Positions 1 to 8,457 of a stretch of 64,000 nt of DNA are shown piece by piece. A program made the position numbers and the translations under genes. Source of the DNA: Planctomicrobium piriforme (GTDB lineage: Bacteria; Planctomycetota; Planctomycetia; Pirellulales; UBA1268); assembly GCA_945871035.1 (NCBI GenBank), contig CAMBUD010000007.1:1530-65529 (forward strand), in the 5' to 3' direction. The notes under the pieces are model-generated. The model did no database searches. It was not told the DNA's origin and saw only the letters and a program-made list of their open reading frames with translations. Position 1 is the first letter of the stretch, and each line of letters opens with the position of its first letter.

Positions 1-1146
1 ACATCGTTTTACGGAGAAGGGGGCGGACAGGTGGGCGATACCGGCTGGCTCGTTGCGCCAGGCGTGCGATTTGAGGTTAGTGATACCAAACGGGAAGGGG
101 CCTTCATGCTCCATGTCGGTCACTTGCGTGAAGGCACGATTGACCTCGGGCAGAACGTGTTCGCAAAAGTGGATTATTCTCGCAGGGCCGCTATTCGTCG
201 CGCCCATTCTGCCACGCACTTGGTGCACGCCGCCCTCCAGCACTTTCTGGGCCCCCATGCCGTGCAGCAGGGCTCGAAGGTTGATGCTGATCTCCTGCGG
301 TTTGACTTCTCACATACAAGCGCGGTGGGCTATGACGTACTCGAACAGATCGAGACCATGGTCAACGAACAGACGCTCGCTGCCCTGCCAGTGTCTGCTC
401 AATTACTGCCTCTTGCCGAGGCACGAAACACTGGTGCCATGATGCTATTTGGTGAAAAATACCCCGATGTCGTGCGCATGGTCGAGATGGGTGATGTAAG
501 CCGAGAGCTTTGTGGGGGAACGCACGTGTCTAGCACGGGGGAAATCGGCATGGTGCGAATCATTTCAGAGGAGAGTGTTTCGTCTGGAATCCGAAGGATT
601 ACGGCTGTAACAGGACTACGAACAGTGGAGCGACTCCGTCGACTAGAAGTTGCGCTTGCTGAATCTGCCGGGGCCCTCAAGGTGCCCGTGACGGAACTTC
701 CCGTTCGATTAGCCGCTGTTATGAAGGAGCTTAAGGAACTTAAGAAGAGTAGAGGGCCGGCTGCTGCCGCCGGTTTTTCGGTCGATGACTTGCTTGCGGA
801 GGCCACTGAGATTGCGGGGATAAAAATCGTTGTGGCGGATGCTGGTGGGAGCGATGCCTCTGCAATGCGGCAGTGCATCGACCAACTACGCCGGAAGGCC
901 AGTCCTATCGCCATACTGCTGGGATCAAGCGAAGCCGACAAGGTAACGCTCGTCGCAGGGATTAGCCGTGAACTCGAGGCTCGCGGCATCTCAGCAGGCA
1001 ACTGGATTAAAGAACCCGCCACAATCGTGGGCGGAAAAGGCGGCGGTCGACCCGACCTTGCTCAAGCCGGAGGCAAGTTGGTCGACAAACTCGCCGACGC
1101 GCTGGTGGTAGCACGAAAGACAATCGAAAAGTTGCTGACAAACTAA
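1..1146 (+). CDS. alaS: Alanine--tRNA ligase, C-terminal part (5' end upstream of window)
   Basis: The frame is open from base 1. Editing-domain motifs HSATHLVHAAL and CGGTHV are present, plus a C-terminal DHHA1-like GGKGGGRPDLAQAGG. Confidence 0.9.
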   Translation, partial: TSFYGEGGGQVGDTGWLVAPGVRFEVSDTKREGAFMLHVGHLREGTIDLGQNVFAKVDYSRRAAIRRAHSATHLVHAALQHFLGPHAVQQGSKVDADLLRFDFSHTSAVGYDVLEQIETMVNEQTLAALPVSAQLLPLAEARNTGAMMLFGEKYPDVVRMVEMGDVSRELCGGTHVSSTGEIGMVRIISEESVSSGIRRITAVTGLRTVERLRRLEVALAESAGALKVPVTELPVRLAAVMKELKELKKSRGPAAAAGFSVDDLLAEATEIAGIKIVVADAGGSDASAMRQCIDQLRRKASPIAILLGSSEADKVTLVAGISRELEARGISAGNWIKEPATIVGGKGGGRPDLAQAGGKLVDKLADALVVARKTIEKLLTN

Positions 1147-1205
1147 TTGTCGCAGGCCGCTTCCGCATGTTGCTCAAGGTCAAGTCTGACTGCAGAAAAC
1201 CGCAT

Positions 1206-1727
1206 TCAGATCAGCTTTTCAAGGGCTTCTATGGCAGCATCGTACTCCGGCTCACTAGCAACTTCCGTAACAACTTGGGCGTACTGCACCACTCCAGCAG
1301 AGTCGAGCACAAAGACAGCGCGGGCTAAAATCTTTAGTTCATCGATAAGCACTCCCCAGTGCTTGCCAAAGTTGCGATCCATGTAGTCGCTGCCGCTGCG
1401 CATCGACTGAATACTCTCGGCGCCGCAAAAGCGATTCATGGCAAACGGTAGATCAAGACTCACCGTCAGGGCCGTAACCTTATCGCCAAGGCTAGACAAC
1501 CGGTGATTGAAAGTCTTCGTTTGAATCTGACAGACGGGCGTGTCGAGCGATGGCACAACACTGATGATCGATGGTTTTCCGAGTAGATCTGCTTTACGGA
1601 TAGTTTGCATACCGCCGGCTTCATAGCAAACTAATTCGAAGTCCGGAGCCGGTGAACCTACTTTTACCGGTTCTCCAACGAGCGTGAGCGGATTGCCTTT
1701 AAACGTTACTGCACCGTGCCTACCCAT
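1206..1727 (-). CDS. tpx: Thiol peroxidase (Tpx-type peroxiredoxin)
   Basis: Motifs APDFELV and SLDTPVCQIQTKTFN (peroxidatic Cys context). I chose the ATG giving MGRHGAVTFKGNPLTL; the track ORF extends to 1793. Confidence 0.85.
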   Translation of the reverse strand: MGRHGAVTFKGNPLTLVGEPVKVGSPAPDFELVCYEAGGMQTIRKADLLGKPSIISVVPSLDTPVCQIQTKTFNHRLSSLGDKVTALTVSLDLPFAMNRFCGAESIQSMRSGSDYMDRNFGKHWGVLIDELKILARAVFVLDSAGVVQYAQVVTEVASEPEYDAAIEALEKLI

Positions 1728-1969
1728 GCCAAAATACCTCCTTAAAAAATAATCGATTCCCTCGCAGTATTGCGGCAATTTTCTCCGCTGCAAGCCTGAC
1801 CCCTTCAGGCCGGGACTCCCAATGCCCTATGAGCCGCGAAAATCCGTACGCGGACCGGACTCTCTAGACGCATTGGCAGCAGGTGTTCGGTCGGATCCCT
1901 CATCGAAACTCCTCGATGACGCTCTCAATCGGTCTTGCTTGCTTGGCCTGAGCTTCTACAATAACCCTA

Positions 1970-1993
1970 AAGCGTGGGGGGTCACCCACGCTT
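1970..1993. promoter_or_regulatory. Perfect 9-bp inverted repeat AAGCGTGGG-N6-CCCACGCTT in the tpx/STAS divergent intergenic region
   Basis: Read directly. It lies 45 nt upstream of the STAS ORF and about 245 nt upstream of the tpx start. Confidence 0.3.
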
Positions 1994-2037
1994 AGGCAAT
2001 CCAATCGAGGGATCTTTGCACGGCTCCGCAGTAAAAC

Positions 2038-2511
2038 ATGGAGGATTTTGCAATGACACGGTCGTTAACAAACGAAGTGGTTTCCATTCAAACGTCTTTA
2101 ACCCCAAAAGCGTTAAACCGAAACGCCCTTAGATGGTGGGCGGTTATCGAGCGTGGTCCCGCTTGGCTATTCGTACACCTAGAAAAACCCTCTCCTGTGT
2201 ATCGTTCGTTGGCTGACCAACTATTTTCCCAAGACGCATTAGCCGACAGCGTTTGGACCCTGCTTCAAAACAGCCGTACCAGTCGCGTTGTTCTCGAGCT
2301 AGACTCAATCGGCTTGCTTGAAGATGAGCTAATCGGTGAACTATTAAAACTTGGTGAAAAGGTGCAGGGAGAAGGCGGTCTGTTTCGCATATGCGGTCTT
2401 TCCAAAACGAATCTGATGAAACTACATTCGTCTCGGGAAGCCAAAAACATGCCGCACTTTTGCAGCCGTTCGGAGGCGGTCGGCTCGCGCAATCCTGGAT
2501 TACCTCGATGA
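2038..2511 (+). CDS. STAS-domain (anti-sigma-antagonist-like) protein
   Basis: STAS-like layout: VVLELDSIGLLEDELIGELLKLGEKVQGEGGLFRICGLSKTNLMKL...FCSRSEAV. The usual phospho-Ser position is acidic (EDE). Confidence 0.5.
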   Translation: MEDFAMTRSLTNEVVSIQTSLTPKALNRNALRWWAVIERGPAWLFVHLEKPSPVYRSLADQLFSQDALADSVWTLLQNSRTSRVVLELDSIGLLEDELIGELLKLGEKVQGEGGLFRICGLSKTNLMKLHSSREAKNMPHFCSRSEAVGSRNPGLPR

Positions 2512-2678
2512 GGTTTTTCGGGCGCTCGGTGCAGATGTTGGGGCTCTTTGTTCCCTGCATCGCAATCCTTCTACAGCTCAACCGGTCGATCTCTCTTGTG
2601 CAGATGCTTGTTATGCTGGTCGGGGCAGTGTGCTTGTTTTTAATTGGTCGTATTGTTGAGGGATATGCGCGACCCTAG
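2508..2678 (+). CDS. Small (56 aa) two-helix membrane protein
   Basis: The ATG at 2508 overlaps the STAS stop codon (ATGA). Hydrophobic helices LGLFVPCIAILLQL and LVMLVGAVCLFLIGRIV. Confidence 0.35.
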   Translation: MRFFGRSVQMLGLFVPCIAILLQLNRSISLVQMLVMLVGAVCLFLIGRIVEGYARP

Positions 2679-2740
2679 CAGGGCTACTCTCATACCTCTT
2701 TATCTCGATCTCATTGGTGGCAACGGTGCCAGTGATAGAA

Positions 2741-3745
2741 ATGCATCCGCTTTTATTCAAACCAATCTACCGCCGCTACATCTGGGGTGGCCGACGATTC
2801 GCTTCCGTTCTAGGCAGATCACTCCCCCCTGGAGAAGACTTTGCCGAATCGTGGGAACTCGTCGACCGAACCGATGACCAGAGCATCGTTTCAGTCGGTC
2901 CACTCGCCGGAACGACATTGGGGCAACTTGTAACCGATTTTGGTGATGCTCTTTTGGGCAAGCATGCGCCGCGCAAGTCGTTTCCACTACTCTTCAAATT
3001 TCTTGATGCTCGTCACGACCTGTCGGTGCAGGTGCATCCCGATGACGCTCGCGCTGCAACGCTCCCCAATCCGGACCGAGGCAAAACAGAGGCTTGGTAT
3101 GTGATTGATGCGGCCCCAGCCAGCCGGCTTTACGCCGGCTTGCTTTCCAATGCAGAGCTTCTTCAACGGGCTTTACCAATCGGTAATAAAAAAGAGATTT
3201 TTTCGGCGGCCGTGCGGGCCGGACGCTGCGAGGAAATGCTGCACTCGTTTGAAGCACGGACTGGTGACTGCATCTTTATTCCAGCCGGCACAGTTCATGC
3301 TATCGGGTCCGGTCTACTTGTGGCCGAGATCCAACAGTCGAGCGATGTCACTTATCGGCTTCACGACTGGAACCGACTAGGATCAGATGGCCGGTTACGG
3401 CCGCTGCACATCGAGGCTGGCTTGAGTGCTGTTACCAACACCGATCCCGTTGATCCGGTGGCAGCATCTGCCACAGTCGATCCTGCTCTCAAGCGATTGG
3501 TGACCAACGACTACTTTCTCTTTGATGAGGTTTGCCCTAGTGCTTACTGGAATATAGGTGGAGACAATGCATTCCATTTTCTCGCCGTGCTTGCAGGTAC
3601 AGTAACGCTTGAAGAACACTGGGAACTGCCCGCGCTCACGGCAGGGGCCTGCGTTTTACTACCAGCCTCAATCGGCAGGCAGGTTCTCCATGCAGTCACC
3701 ACTAACGGCCTAGCGCCCAAGCTCTTACACGTCTCATTGCCGTAG
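2741..3745 (+). CDS. manA: Mannose-6-phosphate isomerase, type I
   Basis: Motifs IWGG, ESWELVD, LLFKFLDARHDLSVQVHPDD, KTEAWYVI and IPAGTVHAIG. ATG 2741 is preferred over TTG 2714. Confidence 0.85.
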   Translation: MHPLLFKPIYRRYIWGGRRFASVLGRSLPPGEDFAESWELVDRTDDQSIVSVGPLAGTTLGQLVTDFGDALLGKHAPRKSFPLLFKFLDARHDLSVQVHPDDARAATLPNPDRGKTEAWYVIDAAPASRLYAGLLSNAELLQRALPIGNKKEIFSAAVRAGRCEEMLHSFEARTGDCIFIPAGTVHAIGSGLLVAEIQQSSDVTYRLHDWNRLGSDGRLRPLHIEAGLSAVTNTDPVDPVAASATVDPALKRLVTNDYFLFDEVCPSAYWNIGGDNAFHFLAVLAGTVTLEEHWELPALTAGACVLLPASIGRQVLHAVTTNGLAPKLLHVSLP

Positions 3746-3935
3746 TCGTCAGACAGGGTGCATGCATGACCCTCAAACAAATCGTGGCGATTGTGCCCTG
3801 TAGAAAGCTCGTCTGAGAAGACTTTTTTGATGCATTTTGCACGAATTCGCTCTTGGGAAATGATGGGGCGTGTCTCTACACTTGCGATCGCCTCAACCTC
3901 TATACGGTGGCATTGCTACCAGTGATTCATTCCTC

Positions 3936-4211
3936 ATGAAAAGATCATCGAATCGCTCTATTTTTTTTCTGCTGGCTTTGTCCCCACTAGTGTGCTGCGG
4001 AGGTTGTGCGTCGCTCGGCAAGCCCGACTGGCTTGAACCAGGCCCCGCCCGCGCGCAGCAGCGAAAAGCCGTACGGTTTGATCCCTATCTCCAGGACGAT
4101 ATTGGGCCCTATCAGTTTCGGCTGCCGTTAATGGACGGTAGCCGACCGAGAGATTTTGCCGAGCCAGTACCAGAGGTACGGCGAGCACGGTGGTGGTCGC
4201 CGGTGCAGTAA
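3936..4211 (+). CDS. Putative lipoprotein, unknown function
   Basis: MKRSSNRSIFFLLALSPLVCCGGCAS is a signal peptide with a lipobox-like Cys cluster. No domain recognised. Confidence 0.45.
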   Translation: MKRSSNRSIFFLLALSPLVCCGGCASLGKPDWLEPGPARAQQRKAVRFDPYLQDDIGPYQFRLPLMDGSRPRDFAEPVPEVRRARWWSPVQ

Positions 4212-4360
4212 AAAAGGCCATTGCACCCTTAACGATTATCCGCAAGCGATGTGTGTATGATAGTCACACACCGTGACCGTCAGCAGACAGGACACGAGTG
4301 CTGCTTTGTGCCACCTCTCAACCATCCGCAAAAAGTTCTCACGTGCCTCCAAAACGCTCT

Positions 4361-5395
4361 ATGCCGATTCCAACCGGCAAATCATCACGCATCACCTCTC
4401 GCCGCAGTCCTGCAGTAAGCCCCATCGCTGCGAAACCAACCGGGGCTAGCATGCGCACAACACGGAGCAGGCATGCTCCAGACAAAGGCAGTGCGGACGG
4501 GCTTGAACGGCTACAGAAAGTGCTAGCTTCTGCGGGATTAGGCAGTCGGCGTAGCTGTGAAGAATTGATTACTACAGGACGGGTGGAAGTTGATCGCCAG
4601 ATCATCACGCAACTTGGCACACGAGTTGATCCTTTAAAACAACAGATCCGTGTTGACGGGGAACGTTTGCCTAATCCTCAACGCGTTGTCTATCTCCTGA
4701 ACAAGCCTGTTGGTGTGGTAACCACAAACTACGATCCTTCCGGTAGACCACGCGTTGTCGATCTTGTGCCGGGTGAGCAGCGGTTGTTTGCGATTGGCAG
4801 ACTCGATCGTATGAGCGAGGGACTGATTCTGATGACCAACGACGGTGATCTGGCAAATCTGTTAGCGCATCCCCGTTATGGCGTTGAAAAGAAATACCAT
4901 GTGCAGGTGGCTGGTGTGCCCTCACAGGAAGCCCTCGATAAACTGCGCCGGGGAATATCCCTGGCTGAAGGAAAAGCTCGTGCTCAGCGGGTTGATGTGC
5001 GTTCCCAACATAAGCAAAGCGCCGTATTAGAAATGGTTCTCGATGAGGGAAAGAATCGTGAAATCAGACGCATGCTTGCACAACTCGGCCACAAGGTGCA
5101 TCAGCTTAAGCGGGTTCAAGTCGGCACTCTTTCGTTGGGCAATCTGCTGCCTGGCCAATGGCGTCAGCTCGCCTGGAGTGAAATTGATGCCCTGCGGAGG
5201 GCTGCCGAAGCCGTGATTGGCAAGGATCCCGTTGGCCACCAAACACGGCTGGCGCGTGACAGCCGATCGTCACGACCAGGGCGGCTACCGGACAAGATTC
5301 AGCCAACTCAGTCGCGTGCGATGGCCTCACTTCCCGGAGGCCGTCGACGCCGTCCCGGTAAGGCTTCTACGTGGCGAAAGCCCCGCCCTAATTAG
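4361..5395 (+). CDS. rluB: 23S rRNA pseudouridine synthase, RsuA/RluB family
   Basis: S4 domain (LERLQKVLASAGLGSRRSCEELI) and catalytic motif GRLDRMSEGLILMTNDG, with basic N- and C-terminal tails. The start is uncertain (GTG 4298, ATG 4361 or ATG 4451). Confidence 0.85.
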   Translation: MPIPTGKSSRITSRRSPAVSPIAAKPTGASMRTTRSRHAPDKGSADGLERLQKVLASAGLGSRRSCEELITTGRVEVDRQIITQLGTRVDPLKQQIRVDGERLPNPQRVVYLLNKPVGVVTTNYDPSGRPRVVDLVPGEQRLFAIGRLDRMSEGLILMTNDGDLANLLAHPRYGVEKKYHVQVAGVPSQEALDKLRRGISLAEGKARAQRVDVRSQHKQSAVLEMVLDEGKNREIRRMLAQLGHKVHQLKRVQVGTLSLGNLLPGQWRQLAWSEIDALRRAAEAVIGKDPVGHQTRLARDSRSSRPGRLPDKIQPTQSRAMASLPGGRRRRPGKASTWRKPRPN

Positions 5396-5458
5396 GAATC
5401 CTGGGTCCACCATCGAATCACTCCAGTAACGCGTACCGGCTCTTCCACCATTCGTCCC

Positions 5459-6379
5459 ATGCACACGCCCTCTCCCCCTGTAGTTTGCTATGCCGATGCT
5501 GCACGCTGCATAGTGGCGGACATCGTGTCGCACCGGTTGGTAGCAGAAAACACTTACCGGCTTCGAATCGACTGTCCCGAGATTGCAGCGTCCGCTCTGC
5601 CCGGTCAGTTTGTGATGCTTCGCATTCCCGAACGCGTTGACCCGCTGTTGGCTCGTCCTCTGGCTGTTTACGACACTTTTACAGCAGCCGATACTGAACC
5701 ATCAAATGGTGACACGCCAACAGAGGCCAGGCGAAGATATGCCGATTTTATTTATACAGTGCAGGGAAAGTTTACGACTGCCCTTAAGGAATTGGCGCCT
5801 GGGGCCCAGCTCCTTGTCTGGGGGCCGTTGGGGAATGGATTTTCTGTTCCGACTGTTGATCATCTCTTGCTTGTGGCGGGTGGCATTGGGCAAACGGCCC
5901 TGCTTGCGCTTGGTCGTGAGTGCCTTGGAAATAAATTGTACGGTTCATCCTTACGATCGGTACCGCGTGCAAAACGCGTTACTTTTTGTTGGGGTGCTCG
6001 ACACGGCGGGCTTTTTGGCGACGTGACCGATTTTCGTGATGCCGGAATGGATGTTCGCCTAGCCACTCTCGACGGATCGGTGGGCCATAGAGGAACCGTT
6101 GTTGATCTCCTCGATGAGCTTGCCCAAACGGAAGACCTCCTGCATCCTCAGTCGATACACATCGCTTGCTGTGGTCCGGAAGGAATGATGGCAGCAGTCG
6201 CCCGTTGGTCAGCTGCGCGGAAAATCAGCTGCGATGTATCGCTGGAGGCACCGATGGCCTGCGGCATCGGTATTTGCTTTACGTGTGTTGCAAAAATACG
6301 CGATGCATTCGGGGAATGGGACTACCGTCGCACCTGCATTGAAGGGCCAGTCTTCAATGCAATGGCGATTGACTGGTAA
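5459..6379 (+). CDS. pyrK: Dihydroorotate dehydrogenase electron-transfer subunit-like flavoprotein
   Basis: FVMLRIP, RPLAVYD and GGIGQTALL, plus C-terminal 2Fe-2S motif ACGIGICFTC...CIEGPVF. No pyrD lies adjacent. Confidence 0.75.
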   Translation: MHTPSPPVVCYADAARCIVADIVSHRLVAENTYRLRIDCPEIAASALPGQFVMLRIPERVDPLLARPLAVYDTFTAADTEPSNGDTPTEARRRYADFIYTVQGKFTTALKELAPGAQLLVWGPLGNGFSVPTVDHLLLVAGGIGQTALLALGRECLGNKLYGSSLRSVPRAKRVTFCWGARHGGLFGDVTDFRDAGMDVRLATLDGSVGHRGTVVDLLDELAQTEDLLHPQSIHIACCGPEGMMAAVARWSAARKISCDVSLEAPMACGIGICFTCVAKIRDAFGEWDYRRTCIEGPVFNAMAIDW

Positions 6380-6402
6380 GCAATCCGGACCCTTTAGTCG
6401 AG

Positions 6403-6681
6403 TCAGGCTTTAGCGGTTTGAAAAGCTGCTAGGAGGCGAGCCGATAAACGCGATTTAATCCGGGCTGCTCGATTGGGATGAATCGTGCGGGCGGATGCTG
6501 CCCGATCAGTTTTTTTGACAACAAAACGAAACTGTTCCTTAGCCGCTGCCGCGTCATTGGCAGAGATCGCCTCAAGCAGTTTGCGAATATGCAATCTGAT
6601 AACAGATTTCGCGGCACGATTTCGATCGCGATTTCTAAGGTTTTGACGGAGACTTTTCTTGGCGCTTACCGAATGTGGCAT
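6403..6681 (-). CDS. rpsT: 30S ribosomal protein S20
   Basis: Typical S20 N-terminus MPHSVSAKKSLRQNLRNRDRNRAAKS; 92-aa basic protein. Confidence 0.9.
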   Translation of the reverse strand: MPHSVSAKKSLRQNLRNRDRNRAAKSVIRLHIRKLLEAISANDAAAAKEQFRFVVKKTDRAASARTIHPNRAARIKSRLSARLLAAFQTAKA

Positions 6682-6804
6682 TCCAAATCCTTACCCTGTA
6701 AAAACGGCATCTGAACAATATCGGAGCAAACAAAATTCGAACACGCAAAGCCTACTATAAAAAGGATTCTTGCGAGATTGGGCAGCGTTTGACTCCGGCG
6801 GCTT

Positions 6805-8247
6805 TTAATCGCTGACACCTTTATCCTTCAGGGAACCCAATTTGTCTAGTCGTTGGGCCACATCCCGGTATCCAAAGTCGAGTCCGGCCAGCAGAGAGAG
6901 GTATTTCTGGGCCGCATCGTTGTCTTCAAGGCCTGTGGCAAGCACTCCCGCCCGATAAAGTGCTCGTTTTCGCAGTTCGACCTCGCGTTCCGTCAGTGAT
7001 TCGACTGCGGTCACGTAATTTCGCATCGCCAGTTGGTATTGTTTGATTTTCTGAAAACATTCCCCTAATTCAAGGGCAACGGCGCCCTTGCGTCTAGCGT
7101 CCTGCAGAACATCTTGAAAATGCCGGATCGCCTCGGAGTAATTCCCTGCAGCCTTGAGTCGTAAGGCGAATTCGTATTTCCAAGTAATATTTTCCGGATA
7201 CCGTGCACACCGTGCCGAGTAAACTTCCAGCTCTTGCTTGAGTTGCCCGCCACGCAATCGCTCCAGAACAGAACGATTGGCTGACGTGTCTTCCGACTCG
7301 ATTCGCTTCTCGGCAATATGCACCTTATGCCGTGACCAGCGCAGTTGCCGATCTTCTAGGTGCTCCCGTACCTTCAGGTCATTTCCAGAAGCAGCTAAGG
7401 CCCGTTCCAATATTTTTTCTGCTTCTTCGACCGTTGCATCGCGTTCGAGTAAATCAGCTAGCTCAAGGTACGATTCGATATCCGCTGGATTTTTTTGGAT
7501 TGCTTGCTTGAGAGTAGCGGTGCGATCAACTGCCTCTACCGCAGGCCCTGTAGCGGCTCCACCGGCCGGTTGAACACTGACGCTCGCTCCTGATCTGCCC
7601 GTTAATCCATGGCCAGCCACAATCGTTTTTTCGACTTGCAACCGGGAGATTTCATGCTGTGACTCCTCCGCTAATCCCTTCACGCCGGCAATCCGAACCC
7701 AACAGGCAATCGCCTGATCAAACTCGCCATGATCGGCCAAAAACTTTGCGCACTGACGATTGACCTCGGGATCAGCCGGCGCAGCATCCAGTGCACTTTT
7801 TAAATACGTGCGCTGAGTATCGTAGAATAATAGATTCCCACAAGCTTCAGCCATGAGCAGCAGGCAGGCGTGGTTGTTGGGGTTCGTTTTTAATATCTCC
7901 AAGCCCTGCTTCAATATCTTGTGCCACTGGGCTGAGTTGGCGAGTTTCTTGAGCCCGCTGTAGCCAGCCGACCATAAAACAGAAAGCATGCCTAACTTCT
8001 TGGAGCCATACTTTTTTTTGAGGGCAACCAGCAAACTTTGCAAATAGACGGCATTGCTAGGATCACCCAGCACACAACCGGAAAACATCTCGATTGCATA
8101 CTCCGCGTTCGTAGCAAGACTCTGGGTGCCACGCTGAAAGCACTGCGTTAAGCGAGACCGCTCCGCCGGCGAGACATCGGCCACCGTTGGTGTCCGACGG
8201 ACTGGATCAACCGGGCCAGAAGTAGAGGCTGTAGACTCTTTCGACAT
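6805..8247 (-). CDS. TPR-repeat protein
   Basis: Repeated helical-pair motifs (YSEAIRHFQDVLQD, QYQLAMRNYVTAVE, ALYRAGVLATGLED). No catalytic motif. Confidence 0.7.
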   Translation of the reverse strand: MSKESTASTSGPVDPVRRTPTVADVSPAERSRLTQCFQRGTQSLATNAEYAIEMFSGCVLGDPSNAVYLQSLLVALKKKYGSKKLGMLSVLWSAGYSGLKKLANSAQWHKILKQGLEILKTNPNNHACLLLMAEACGNLLFYDTQRTYLKSALDAAPADPEVNRQCAKFLADHGEFDQAIACWVRIAGVKGLAEESQHEISRLQVEKTIVAGHGLTGRSGASVSVQPAGGAATGPAVEAVDRTATLKQAIQKNPADIESYLELADLLERDATVEEAEKILERALAASGNDLKVREHLEDRQLRWSRHKVHIAEKRIESEDTSANRSVLERLRGGQLKQELEVYSARCARYPENITWKYEFALRLKAAGNYSEAIRHFQDVLQDARRKGAVALELGECFQKIKQYQLAMRNYVTAVESLTEREVELRKRALYRAGVLATGLEDNDAAQKYLSLLAGLDFGYRDVAQRLDKLGSLKDKGVSD

Positions 8248-8457
8248 AGTACGTGACGATTGATTCCGTGAGCAGCAGTGACGACGGGAATACCCAAACG
8301 GTATGCCCTGGACTTAAGACTCAAGCCCGAAATCACCTGGCTATATTGTAATCCCCATTCCCACCGGCCTCAAACACCGTCATCTTAAATACGAGTCCCA
8401 CTCCCTTTAAGCCACACGTCACCTTTGAATGGGTCTCCGATCGGATCGCGTAAGCAA

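Noticed and set aside
399-1022. Long antisense or alternative-frame ORFs inside well-supported genes. Examples are 399-1022(-) in alaS, 22528-23082(-) in thiO, 27983-28561(-) in metH, 30033-30593(-) in xerD, 34949-35509(+) in the large TPR gene, 39742-40314(-) in the sigma gene and 60168-60845(-) in the cytochrome gene.
   Set aside because: Each lies wholly within a gene that has strong family motifs on the other strand or frame. Their translations are Arg/Ser/Pro/Ala-rich and low in complexity with no motifs, as expected from stop-codon depletion in moderately GC-rich coding DNA.
8248-8457. Possible cobalamin riboswitch upstream of cobA-hemD: the B12-box-like AAGCCCGAAATCACCTGGC plus GACGGGAA.
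   Set aside because: The GCCACTG core and the GGTG..AAATCC elements are absent or only approximate. The region is short and shared with a divergent promoter, so the resemblance is too weak to call.
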